Assembly: GCA_963780375.1 (NCBI GenBank)
Contig: CAWABV010000008.1
Span: 696,497 to 760,496, forward strand
Reading direction: 5' to 3'
Origin: an uncultured Chloroflexia bacterium
GTDB taxonomy: Bacteria; Chloroflexota; Limnocylindria; Limnocylindrales; CSP1-4
Length of the DNA stretch: 64,000 nucleotides
Shown here: positions 30,241 through 39,299 of the stretch, in pieces
How the letters are laid out: each line of letters opens with the position of its first letter
Position numbering within the stretch: position 1 is the first letter of the stretch
Notes under the pieces: model-generated
What the model saw: the letters and a program-made list of their open reading frames with translations, nothing else
Told to the model about the DNA's origin: nothing
Database searches by the model: none
Translations under genes and position numbers: made by a program

Positions 30241-32219
30241 CGGTGATCGTCAGTGACTTCGAGCTAATGGTGAGCTGGGCGGTCGCCGTCGTGTTGAATG
30301 TGTAGTTGTTTGCGCTCCCACCGGAACAGCTGATCGTCCGCGGCGAGGCGCTAACGGGCGTGGTCGCGGTGTAGTCGCTGGTGCATGTCGGGGCGACATA
30401 GCCGGCGGCGGTGGCCGCCGTCTCGCTGTTCTGGAAGCCCGTGACGCCGAAGGTGTAGGTCGGGGCGGCCTGACCGTACGTCCGGCTCTTGGCATCGGGC
30501 GTCACGACCAGGCTCGCCTTTGAGACGGTCAAGGTTGGCGCAGGCGACTGACCGAAATTGTTGCTGCTGCCAAAGCCGGAGCCAGTGTTGTACACGGCTT
30601 CGACGACGTAGGTATCGGCGTTGATCCCGGCCAGGGAGAACGAGGCCGTTGCGCTGCCAGCGGAGACGGTTGTCGAGGTCACCGCGCTGCCGATGGTCAC
30701 CGTACCTTTCTTCACGGTGAAGGTAACCGTGCCAGAGTTGACCGACGGCCCTGACGCTGGCGTCACGGTTGCGCTCAAGCTTGCTGATGTCGCTCCATAA
30801 ACGACTGATGTGTTCGACGCGGAGGTCGTCGTCGCGATTGTCGTTTCCCGATAAGTCGCGACATAGATGTCGTTTTGGCTGCCGCCTGGATTACGGACAC
30901 AAATCGATGTGCTCGACGTCGTCGCGATGACGTTCTCACTGCCCGCGGCCGACGACCACTCCTTGAATGTCCAGCCCGTCGACGGGGAAGTCGGGCTCGC
31001 GGGTGCGGTCAAGCGCACAAAGGCGTTTCCGGCGTTATTCGAAAGGTTGATGTCGGTCGATCCCGCGTCGCTATTGATGACCGCGGAATCCGTCCCGGAC
31101 TGACTGCTGGTTGTCGAGCACGAAGAGTTCGTAAATCCAGCGGCTGTGATAGTGAATGCGAGGTTCGGCGGGCTACCGGTTGGTGCGCGAAGGATTCGCA
31201 GGGATGCGTCTGTGAAACGCGTCGAGGCAGTACCCGACGGTCCAGTCGCAACCACGGAATACGCGGCCACGAACCAGTTCGGAAGGTTGAACTGGTCGGT
31301 GATGTTGCCGGAGGCGTCGGCGGTCACGTCGACATTGCGCGACCAGCTGCTGCCGAAGTCGTCATTCACGAAGATGTGGACCGACTCGCCGGGCTGCCAG
31401 TTCGACCCGGTCAAGCGTGACGAGGCCACCAGGCGGGTAATCCTCGAGGTCGCTCTGGATCGTCGGGGCTGCGACCGGAGCGGACGGCTCGAGCGGTCGG
31501 GGTCGGTGAGGACGGGCTCGGGCGCCGTCGTCGGCGCGGTCGTCGGCTCTGAGTTCGGCTCCGCGCTCGGGGCCGCCGTGGGCGCGGACGTCGGTTCATC
31601 GTGGGGGCCGAGTGGGCGCCTCGGTCGGCGGGGGAGCGGGCTCATCCGTCGGCGCAGGCGCGGCTCCACGGTCGGGGCCGCAGTCGGCTGCTCGGTCGGG
31701 TCGGCCGTCGGGTCGGCCGTGGGATCAGGGGTCGCGGCCAGTTCGGTGGCCGCGGGCTCGCTGGGCGGGGCAGACGGGTCCTCCGCCATGACCGGGATCG
31801 GCGCGAGCAGCGTCGCAAGGACAAGGAAGATCTGGAATGCGACGACGACGGGATGAGCCGCTGACGACGGCTTCTGGCTTCGGCGTGACATCGGGCCCCC
31901 CTAAGGCACCACGCCGGGCCGATCCTCGAAGAGCGCCTAATTCGATACAGGATACAGGAAGATGAGTGCTTGCGCGCGCTCTTGGGCCGAGGTTCCCCCG
32001 GACGAAGAGTGACGGTGATTCGGTTTTCACCACCACTGGGTGTGGCGAGGGCAACCGTACTATCTCCCCGGCGGAAGTCATCCCCCTACAGGGGACCTCA
32101 TCCGCACTTGACCCCACACGGGCGCGGAAACTGTTGCTCGTGCACACCACCCGGACGCCGCCGAACGTCGCCACCGGTACCACCCGGCATCCGCCGAACC
32201 CGTCCCTATACTCCCCGGC

Positions 32220-32942
32220 ATGATCGGCGGCACCCACGCGCCCCGGATCCTGCTCGTCGACGACGACGCGAACCTCCTGGTCCTCCTCGCCGACCAGCTG
32301 CGCGCCGATGGCTACGAGATCACCACCGCCCGCGACGGCGACGAGGCCCTCCGCCGGCTCCGCACGTCGTGGCCCGACCTGCTGATCATCGACATGATGA
32401 TGCCGAAGATGGACGGCCTGACGTTCGCCCGCGAGATCAAGGCCCAGGCCGACCTGCCGATCATCGTCCTCTCAGCGATCGACGCCGGCGACTCGAAGGC
32501 TGACCTCCTCGAGGAGGTCGCCGAGGACTACGTCACCAAGCCATACCACTACCCCGAGCTGCGCGCGCGCATCAACCGGGTCTTGCGGCGACTCGGCGAC
32601 AAGGTCCCGCGTCAGAGCCTGGCACTCGGTCCCGACCTCACGCTCGACCTGCATCGTCGCGAGGCGACGGTCGGTGGCGAGGTCGTCCAACTCACGCCGA
32701 CCGAATCGCGTCTCCTCTACGCCCTCGCCGCCAACCTCGGCCAGACCGTCACGACCGAGACCCTCCTTGCCCGCGGCTGGGCGGAGACCGAGGACGCCGA
32801 TCCGTCCTACGTCTGGGTGACGATGCGCCGACTCCGCCAGAAGGTCGAGATCGACGCCAACAAACCGGTCCACGTCCAGACCGTCCGGGGCGTCGGGTAC
32901 CGACTCGTCGCCGTCAAGGACCCGGCCAAGGTGTCCGGATGA
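32220..32942 (+). CDS. OmpR-family response regulator
   Basis: RILLVDDDANLL..LLIIDMMMPKMDG receiver; C-terminal winged helix VQTVRGVGYRL. Confidence 0.85.
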   Translation: MIGGTHAPRILLVDDDANLLVLLADQLRADGYEITTARDGDEALRRLRTSWPDLLIIDMMMPKMDGLTFAREIKAQADLPIIVLSAIDAGDSKADLLEEVAEDYVTKPYHYPELRARINRVLRRLGDKVPRQSLALGPDLTLDLHRREATVGGEVVQLTPTESRLLYALAANLGQTVTTETLLARGWAETEDADPSYVWVTMRRLRQKVEIDANKPVHVQTVRGVGYRLVAVKDPAKVSG

Positions 32943-34402
32943 CTGACGATCGCATCGTGAGCTCGGCGACTCAACCAGCGGCGCCCGAGGCAGAGCGAGC
33001 GCGCCCACCGCGGCTGAGCTTCCGCTCCCGTCTGACGCTGGCGCTTCTCTTCGCCGCGATCGTCCCGCTGGCCGTGTTCGGGGTGGTCGTCCTCGCCTTC
33101 GAGGTCATCCTCGGTCGACAGGGGGCGGACCAGACATTCGCCCAGATCCTCTTCTTCGCGCTGGCGATCCTGCTGGCCTTCGCGATCGTCGCCGCGTTCG
33201 CACTCGCGACCGAGCTCCTTGCTCCCCTGCGATCGGTGGTCGATGCGGTCGACCGCGTATCGAAGGGGGACCTCGCGAGTCCGATGGAGGTCGTCGGGGA
33301 CGACGAGCTCGCGCGCCTGGCCGACAGCCACAACCGGCTCGCTGCCGACCTCGAGCGGAGGAACCTGGAGCTCGGCCGCATCCTCGCGGCGATCGACGTG
33401 GTCTCGCCGGAGGATGACGTCGAAGCGCTGGTCGATCGGACGGCCGCCGAGGCGACGTCGGCGTTCGCCCTCATCGACGCCACCGTCGTCATGGGCGATC
33501 CCTCGATCGTCGAAGAGGAGGAAGTCGTCCCGGGCGTCTCCCGCCCGCTACGCGCGGTGATGCGGGCCGGCGGCGAGGACCTCGGCGTGCTCATCGGTCG
33601 CCTGCCGGCCACGCGCCGCTGGGAGCCCGCCGATCAGGACCTGCTCGAGTTGTTCGCCAGCGAGATGGCAGCGGCGATCCGGAATGCGCAGCTGTTCGCG
33701 CGCGTCGAGGCGCAGAACCGCCAACTCCTCGAGCTCGACGCAGCCAAGGACGACTTCCTCCGGGGGGTGAGCCACAACCTCCAGACGCCGCTCACGAGCA
33801 TCCGCGCCTATGCCGAACAACTCGATGCCGCCTCGCCCGACCGCCGACTCGGGATCATCGCCGAGCAATCGGAACGTCTGTCTCGGATGGTCCGCCAGCT
33901 CCTCACGGTCACCCGGCTGGAGTCCGGGGCGCTCAAGCCTCGCAGCGAGGTGCTATCGGTCGGGACGCGCATCCGCAAGGCCTGGGAGGCGCTCGGCGTC
34001 GATGACGTCGACTTCGACCTCGAAGACGGCGCCGAGGGCTGGCTCGCCGTCGCCGACCCGGACCAACTCGACCAGGTTCTGTGGGCCCTCCTCGACAATG
34101 CCGTGAAATACGGCAGCGGGACGCCGATCCGTACCACGATCGCCGTCGATGAGTCCGTCCGCCGGGTGCTGCTCACCATCGCCGATCAGGGTCCGGGCGT
34201 CGCGGAGGAGGACCGCGAGCGACTGTTCACGCGCTTCGAGCGCGGCGGCGATACAGCGCCCGACGGGGGCAGCGGGCTGGGCCTGTACGTCTCGCGCGAG
34301 CTGTGCCGCGCGATGGGCGGCGACCTGGTCCTCGAGCCGGTCGGGGCCGTCGGCGCGGCCTTCACCGTAAGCCTGCCCGGCGAGCCGGCGGTCGAGGGCT
34401 AG
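32939..34402 (+). CDS. Sensor histidine kinase (2 TM, HAMP, GAF-like region, HisKA, HATPase)
   Basis: 4-nt overlap with the regulator. GDLASPMEVVGDDELARLADSHNRL (HAMP), FLRGVSHNLQTPLTSI (H-box), DQGPGV..GSGLGL. Confidence 0.85.
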   Translation: MTDDRIVSSATQPAAPEAERARPPRLSFRSRLTLALLFAAIVPLAVFGVVVLAFEVILGRQGADQTFAQILFFALAILLAFAIVAAFALATELLAPLRSVVDAVDRVSKGDLASPMEVVGDDELARLADSHNRLAADLERRNLELGRILAAIDVVSPEDDVEALVDRTAAEATSAFALIDATVVMGDPSIVEEEEVVPGVSRPLRAVMRAGGEDLGVLIGRLPATRRWEPADQDLLELFASEMAAAIRNAQLFARVEAQNRQLLELDAAKDDFLRGVSHNLQTPLTSIRAYAEQLDAASPDRRLGIIAEQSERLSRMVRQLLTVTRLESGALKPRSEVLSVGTRIRKAWEALGVDDVDFDLEDGAEGWLAVADPDQLDQVLWALLDNAVKYGSGTPIRTTIAVDESVRRVLLTIADQGPGVAEEDRERLFTRFERGGDTAPDGGSGLGLYVSRELCRAMGGDLVLEPVGAVGAAFTVSLPGEPAVEG

Positions 34403-34510
34403 CCCGGACCGGGCTTTCGACCTGATTTCGGGCGGGCGCCCACTGCTCCTACGACAGGCACCGGGCGCTCATCGGTTCGTGTCGTTCTGCCGCTCCTTGA
34501 GCGGCGGGGC

Positions 34511-34729
34511 TCAGACGGGGTCGGTCGCGGGTTCGTGGGTCTGGGTCGGCTGGCTCATCGAGCGTGCCGTCCAGATGATCCGCCGCGGGTCGCCGACGAC
34601 GAGGGCCGCGAGAGTGGCGCCGATGATCGGACCGAGCACGAGGCTGATGCCGAGGAAATCGGCCAACAGATTCCCGCCGTACCAGCCAGCGTAGAACCAG
34701 AGGAGCGCGGCGAGGACTCGCTTCAACAT
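34511..34729 (-). CDS. Small (72 aa) two-TM membrane protein
   Basis: MLKRVLAALLWFYAGWYGGNLLADFLGISLVLGPIIGATLAALVVG. No Flp-type G/xxxxEY motif. Confidence 0.4.
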   Translation of the reverse strand: MLKRVLAALLWFYAGWYGGNLLADFLGISLVLGPIIGATLAALVVGDPRRIIWTARSMSQPTQTHEPATDPV

Positions 34730-34829
34730 GTGCGCATCGTGGACCGGAGTCGACGCCTGGACAACGGACCCATTCGTCCCGAGTTCGTACGGTGCGCGCC
34801 GCGGCGCCCGTCGCCGCGATGCAACGCCG

Positions 34830-34862
34830 GTAAGGTCAGGTGTAAGGTCGCGCCCCTACTAT
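34830..34862 (+). promoter_or_regulatory. Direct repeat GTAAGGTC-N4-GTAAGGTC (12-bp phasing) overlapping a putative -35 and followed by a TACTAT -10-like hexamer; candidate response-regulator site and promoter of Tad triad 1
   Basis: GTAAGGTC at 34830-34837 and 34842-34849. TACTAT at 34857-34862. A GGGGGA Shine-Dalgarno precedes GTG 34898. Confidence 0.4.
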
Positions 34863-34897
34863 TCCGGGACTTTCGTACCACCGCCAGGGGGAACCCA

Positions 34898-35914
34898 GTG
34901 CCCTTCGCCCCGTCACGCAGGAAGCGCGCGTCCTCGCGCGGTCAAAGCCTGGTCGAGCTGGCGCTCATCGCGCCGGTCTTCCTGCTGTTGCTGTTGACGG
35001 CGATCGACCTGGGGCGGCTGCTCTACTCGCAGATCACGATCACCAACGCCGCCAAGGAAGCCGCGCTCGTTGCGTCGCAGGGCGGGACGTGGCAGGCCAA
35101 CGCCGGCTGCAGCGACACCAACACGGTCATGTGCGGTGCGCTGACGGAGGCCGAGGGCGGCTTCGTCATCGTCGAGCAGACCCGGGTCACGTTGTCGCCC
35201 GCGGTCTGCGACAAGGACGCGCCCTACCCTGCCGGCGGCCCGCCGACCGTCAGCGTCGAGGTCTCCTCACCGTTCCGAGTGGTCACGCCCATCATCGGGT
35301 CATTCCTTGGCTCGAGCGTCGTCTTGCACGCGACGGCCGAAGCGGAATGCCTGGCCGTCCCGGCCGTCACGTTCCCGTCTCTGCCAGACCCGGTCGCCGC
35401 CTTCACCGCGACACCGATGTCGGGCCCCGAACCGCTTGACGTCAGCTTCAACGCGAGCGGGTCGACCTCGCCCGGCGCGACGATCACCGGCTACAGCTGG
35501 AGCTTCGGCGGTTCCGGCGCCATCGTGACGCATCGCTTCGCCACGGCTGGTACGTACAACGTCGTGCTGACGGTGACGGACAGCCGCGGTCAGACCGGCT
35601 CTTCGAGCGCCACCATCACCGTGACCGGCGCGGGTCCGACAGGGACGCCGCCACCGTCGTGCCCGACGGTCGACTTCACGTGGACCGATCGGCACAACAA
35701 TGGCAACCCGCACCGGATGGACCTCGACGCCACACTCTCGCCCGATACGACCGGTTGGACCTGGGCATGGGTCGGCCCCATGACGTTCGTCGGACAGCCT
35801 GACCGGGCGAGCGTCACCGTCAATTTCGCGGCGACCGGCAACCAGCAGGTGGCGGTCACCGCGACCAAGGGCAGTTGCCACGTGACGATCACGAAGACGG
35901 TGCCGGCGCCATGA
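34898..35914 (+). CDS. TadE-like pseudopilin fused to a PKD domain and a second beta-rich C-terminal domain (triad 1, gene a)
   Basis: GTG 34898 after GGGGGA. SRGQSLVELALIAPVFLLLLLTAIDLGR (TadE-like N-terminus). PKD: PLDVSFNASGSTSPGATITGYSWSFGGSGAIVTHRFATAGTYNVVLTVTDSRG. Confidence 0.7.
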   Translation: MPFAPSRRKRASSRGQSLVELALIAPVFLLLLLTAIDLGRLLYSQITITNAAKEAALVASQGGTWQANAGCSDTNTVMCGALTEAEGGFVIVEQTRVTLSPAVCDKDAPYPAGGPPTVSVEVSSPFRVVTPIIGSFLGSSVVLHATAEAECLAVPAVTFPSLPDPVAAFTATPMSGPEPLDVSFNASGSTSPGATITGYSWSFGGSGAIVTHRFATAGTYNVVLTVTDSRGQTGSSSATITVTGAGPTGTPPPSCPTVDFTWTDRHNNGNPHRMDLDATLSPDTTGWTWAWVGPMTFVGQPDRASVTVNFAATGNQQVAVTATKGSCHVTITKTVPAP

Positions 35915-36348
35915 ACCGTCGACGCGACCATCGAGGCCAGGCGCTCGTCGAGTTCGCCCTGGTCATCATCGTCTTCCTCGTGATCCTCATGGGGATCGTC
36001 GACTTCGGCATGGCCATCTACAAGTTCAATGGCGTGTCCCAGGCCGCCCGCGAGATCGCCCGCGTCACGAGCGTGCATCCGTGTTCGACGCCGGGCGCCC
36101 TCACCTGCTCACCGGGCGGCAGCACCGAGACACAGGACGTCATCGACATCCAGAAGGGCCTCATCCCGGCTCTCGAAGATCCGACCATCACCTGCATCGA
36201 CCAGGCCGGCGCGCCGAACGCTCCGTGCGACTTCAGCAAGGACTCTGTCCGCGTGGAGATCGAGGCGCCATACCAGCCGATGACGCCACTGCTCCGCCTG
36301 ACGGGCACGTGGACCATGAAGGGGAGCAGCAGTGCGCAGATCCAGTAG
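35911..36348 (+). CDS. TadE-like pseudopilin (triad 1, gene b)
   Basis: ATGA overlap at 35911-35914. MNRRRDHRGQALVEFALVIIVFLVILMGIVDFG. Confidence 0.7.
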   Translation: MNRRRDHRGQALVEFALVIIVFLVILMGIVDFGMAIYKFNGVSQAAREIARVTSVHPCSTPGALTCSPGGSTETQDVIDIQKGLIPALEDPTITCIDQAGAPNAPCDFSKDSVRVEIEAPYQPMTPLLRLTGTWTMKGSSSAQIQ

Positions 36349-37333
36349 GCCGTCCCGCAGCCGCGGGCAGATCCTCGTCCTTTTCGTCCTTGCGCTCGTG
36401 GCGATCATCGCCGGTGTCGGTCTCGTCATCGATGGAGGTTTCACCTTCGCCCAGCGCCGCGCTGAGCAGAACGCCGCCGACCTGGCGGCATTCGCCGGGG
36501 CGAACGCGCTGCTCAATGGCCAGAACGCGACCGCTGCTGCCTTGGCGACATCCGCCGACAACGGGTACACCCACGGAACGGGTGGCGTCAGCGTCAACGT
36601 CGCGTTGACGTCGACGACCGTCAAGGTCGACATCACGGGGCCGCACTCGAACTACTTCGCCGGCGTTGTCGGTCAGCCGACCTGGGACGTGAGCGTCACG
36701 GCTACCGCGCTCGCGGGTGTCCCGAAGAACTTCTCGGGGGTCGCGCCGTTCATCCTCAGCCAGGAGATCTTCGATCCCGTCACCGGCCTGCCGTATGCGC
36801 CGTACACGATCACAAGTGGCGTCGACTTCGAGAAGACGACCGGGCCAGGGCAGCGACACGCCCCTGACGACGTTCAACATGGCCTGGACCAACCTCGGGA
36901 CCGGCAACGTGTCGACCAAGGACATCAAGGATGCGATCGACGGCACCGCCCCGATCAACGCCGACCTCGCGATCAACGACTACATCGGTCAGTAGAACAA
37001 CGGCGTCCACAACGCGCTGTTCGACAGCAACGCCCAGCCCAGCATCGAAACAGATCCTGGCCGGCCTGGATGTGGCGGTCCCGATCGTCGGGCCGCCGAC
37101 GAGCGGCACGTACTGTAATGACGGCACCCACGACCGACGGCTGCTTCCGCGGGTGGGCCCTGTTCCATGTGATCAGCGCCACCAAGCGCGGTGGTGGGGA
37201 TGAGGGGACGATCACCGGCTACTTCAAGACGGGCATCACCCGGAGCGCATCGGCCACTGATGTGTGCGCCGTGAGCGACACCGCATGCAGCGGCTTCTTC
37301 CACGGGATCTACGTCATCAAACTGATCGACTGA
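36332..37333 (+). pseudogene. TadG-like (Tad/Flp pilus-assembly TadE/G-like) protein of triad 1, disrupted by three frame changes and an in-frame TAG
   Basis: The N-terminus SRSRGQILVLFVLALVAIIAGVGLVIDGG..AADLAAFAGANAL is in ORF 36332. The sense continues in ORF 36717..36995 (GSDTPLTTFNMAWTNLGTGNVSTKDIKDAIDGTAPINADLAINDYIGQ, then TAG at 36993-36995). It continues in ORF 36931..37203 (KQILAGLDVAVPIVGPPTSGTYCNDGTHD), then returns to the first frame (GCFRGWALFHVISATKRGG..GIYVIKLID). Confidence 0.65.
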
Positions 37334-37357
37334 GCTCGATCACACCCAGCATCGAGG

Positions 37358-37388
37358 GAGCCGCGCGGGGGGCGCGGCTCTTTCGATT
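37358..37388 (+). terminator. Rho-independent-type terminator hairpin after triad 1
   Basis: GAGCCGCGC (37358-37366), loop GGGGG, GCGCGGCTC (37372-37380), then TTTCGATT. Confidence 0.6.
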
Positions 37389-37392
37389 CGGG

Positions 37393-37414
37393 GACCTTGC
37401 GGTCGACCTTGCGG
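37393..37414 (+). promoter_or_regulatory. Direct repeat GACCTTGCGG-N2-GACCTTGCGG (12-bp phasing); its core is the reverse complement of the AAGGTC core upstream of triad 1
   Basis: GACCTTGCGG at 37393-37402 and 37405-37414, about 135 nt upstream of ATG 37549. Confidence 0.4.
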
Positions 37415-37548
37415 CCGCCCCCGGACCATCTGGTAGGTGGTGCTAGGCGGTCCGGGCTATGCAGTCGCGCACCGATTAAAGGGACCGTGAAAGGTGCCAC
37501 GCCGAGCATCGGCTGCACCGATCCGAACCCGCACCTCAGGACTTATCG

Positions 37549-38790
37549 ATGCGCCTCCTGCGACCCGCCGGCGAGCTCCGGCGCGATAGCACCCCAGACC
37601 GCCATCGCCGACGCCGAGGCCAGAGCCTCGTCGAGTTCGCGATCGTCCTGCCCATCCTCCTGCTCCTCACCCTGGTCGCGCTCGACTTCGGTCGGGTCTA
37701 CCTGGGCTGGATCAACCTCCAGAGCATGAGTCGGATCGCGGCCAACCTGGCCGCCAACAACCCGACCGCCTGGCAGGGTGGTGGCGACGCCGCCGTCAAG
37801 GCGAAGTATCAGAACCAGATCCGCAGCGACGCGGCCGCGACGAACTGTCAGCTGCCGCTCGTTGCCGGTGTTCGGACGGCCCCCGCGCCTGTGTTCGTCG
37901 ATAGCAACGGCAATGGCGCGACGGACGATCTCGGAGACTCCGCTTCGGTCAGCCTGTCCTGCACGTTCGACCTCATCACGCCCGGCATCAAGAACCTCGT
38001 CGGGAACAACCTCACCGTTTCGGCGTCGACGGTCTTCCCCGTGTCGGCGGGCATGACGTCGGCGATGGGAGGTGGGCCGGTCGGAAGCGCCCCGAACGCA
38101 GCGTTCACGGGGAACGGGACGTTGGCCCCGTCGACGCTTAGTGGCACGGTGCCGTTCACCGTCACCTTCCGCGATACGTCCGGCGGCAACCCGACGAGCT
38201 GGCTGTGGACCTTCCCCGACGACGGCACGACGTCAACGCTCCAGGATCCGCTCGATCACACGTTCACGTCACCGGGCACCTATGTCGTGACGATGCAAGC
38301 GACGAATTCGCTCGGCACCTCAACCGAGTCGATGGGAATCACCGTGGTAGCCCCGACGACGGTCGATTTCAACTACACCCTGTCCAGTCCGAATGCCCCA
38401 TCGATCGCGACATTCACGGACAACTCGTCCGCGGGCGGCACGGCGTACCTATGGGACTTCGGATCCGGCGAGGGCACATCGACCCAGCAGAACCCAACCC
38501 ACACCTACAGCACTGCCGGGACCTACAGCGTGACGTTGACGGTCACCTATCCCACCGGGCCGGTAAGCGTGACGAAGTCGGTCACGCTCGGCAGCGCCCT
38601 GTGCACGGTCCCGAGCTTCAACGGCGTCAAGCGTAACAACGCGGCGGCGCTGTACCTGTCGGCTGGCTTCACCGGCACCGTCAGTAGCGGACCGAATGCC
38701 CCGAACGGGAATTTCACGATCCTGTCGCAGTCGATCACCGCGAACTCGCCGGTGCCCTGCAACAGCAACATCACGGTGAACAACCCATGA
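37549..38790 (+). CDS. TadE-like pseudopilin fused to two PKD domains and a PASTA-like C-terminal module (triad 2, gene a)
   Basis: RRRGQSLVEFAIVLPILLLLTLVALDFGR. PKD 1: VPFTVTFRDTSGGNPTSWLWTFPDDGTTS..HTFTSPGTYVVTMQATNSLG. PKD 2: ATFTDNSSAGGTAYLWDFGSGEGTS..HTYSTAGTYSVTLTVTYP. Tail: CTVPSFNGVKRNNAAALYLSAGFTG. Confidence 0.7.
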   Translation: MRLLRPAGELRRDSTPDRHRRRRGQSLVEFAIVLPILLLLTLVALDFGRVYLGWINLQSMSRIAANLAANNPTAWQGGGDAAVKAKYQNQIRSDAAATNCQLPLVAGVRTAPAPVFVDSNGNGATDDLGDSASVSLSCTFDLITPGIKNLVGNNLTVSASTVFPVSAGMTSAMGGGPVGSAPNAAFTGNGTLAPSTLSGTVPFTVTFRDTSGGNPTSWLWTFPDDGTTSTLQDPLDHTFTSPGTYVVTMQATNSLGTSTESMGITVVAPTTVDFNYTLSSPNAPSIATFTDNSSAGGTAYLWDFGSGEGTSTQQNPTHTYSTAGTYSVTLTVTYPTGPVSVTKSVTLGSALCTVPSFNGVKRNNAAALYLSAGFTGTVSSGPNAPNGNFTILSQSITANSPVPCNSNITVNNP

Positions 38791-39299
38791 GCATCCCTCA
38801 GCGACGGCGCACCGGTGACCAGCGCGGGCAAGGCCTGCTCGAGTTCGCGCTCATCCTGCCGATCTTCGTTCTGCTGCTGGTGGCGATCTTCGACCTCGGT
38901 CGAGCCGCGTTCGCGTACAACACCCTCACGAACGCCGCCCGCGAGGGCGCGCGGATGGCGATCGTCAACCAATACAAGCCGAGCATCGTCGCCCGAGCCA
39001 AGCAGCAGACGGCGATCGTCGAGCTCAATGACCCGAGCGTCAACGTCGACTTCTACCAGGTCAACGCGGACGGGACGCCGAATACCTCGACCCCGTGCGC
39101 GCTGAGCCAGATCGCCGTGGGCTGTATGGCGACGGTCAGTTTCGAAGCGACCTATCAGCCCATCACGCCGCTCATCGGGAACATCGTGTTCAAGAACGGC
39201 GTGACCTTCACCGCCACCTCCACGCTCTCCGTGGAGTACAGCTGCCCGGCAGACCGGAATGACGGTGCCGCCGCGGCCAGCTGCCCGAAGCAACCATGA
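38787..39299 (+). CDS. TadE-like pseudopilin (triad 2, gene b)
   Basis: ATGA overlap. QRGQGLLEFALILPIFVLLLVAIFDLGR. Confidence 0.7.
   Translation: MSIPQRRRTGDQRGQGLLEFALILPIFVLLLVAIFDLGRAAFAYNTLTNAAREGARMAIVNQYKPSIVARAKQQTAIVELNDPSVNVDFYQVNADGTPNTSTPCALSQIAVGCMATVSFEATYQPITPLIGNIVFKNGVTFTATSTLSVEYSCPADRNDGAAAASCPKQP

Larger units (their letters stand above)
27182..31891 (-). pseudogene. Giant (about 1570 aa if intact) secreted adhesin-like protein with many frame breaks. Order: signal peptide, Pro/Thr/Glu linker, Ig-like Ser/Thr-rich region, about 11 MBG-type repeats, PxKF-type C-terminal domain
   Basis: ORF 30233..31891 supplies MSRRSQKPSSAAHPVVVAFQIFLVLATLLAPIPVMA and the N-terminal half. 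The sense sequence then hops between all three minus frames (ORFs 29200..30168, 28433..29581, 28144..28674, 27855..28364, 27174..27620, 27182..27544). Repeats read LTITAANKTKTYGDTVTFDQTTPSTDFSVVGLVNSDTV..GNYDIGYQNGSLTV. The C-terminus reads GFTSPVDMT..NSIKGGQTVPLKFKA...FIFNWATPKAAGKCYQV / YVKSEDGSTFMYTGTTGNVVKEAYFKSK-stop. Confidence 0.75.

Noticed and set aside
27855-30500. The regularly spaced 255-267-bp repeats could be read as a CRISPR-like or satellite array.
   Set aside because: The units are contiguous with no unique spacers and are far longer than CRISPR repeats. They translate on the minus strand into MBG-type protein domains, and no cas genes are present.
31892-32219. The 328-bp divergent intergenic region was checked for a c-di-GMP riboswitch, a tRNA or another structured RNA.
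   Set aside because: I could not find GEMM-type conserved boxes or a cloverleaf. It contains only a short CCTGTAT direct repeat, an AGGGGGG Shine-Dalgarno, and a TATACT box just upstream of ATG 32220.
34511-34729. The small membrane protein as the missing Flp pilin.
   Set aside because: It is on the opposite strand, lacks the G/xxxxEY processing motif, and has two TM helices rather than a single pilin helix.
36993-36995. The in-frame TAG in the TadG-like gene as programmed recoding.
   Set aside because: It is accompanied by three frame changes in the same 1 kb, so disruption or sequence error is far more likely than recoding.
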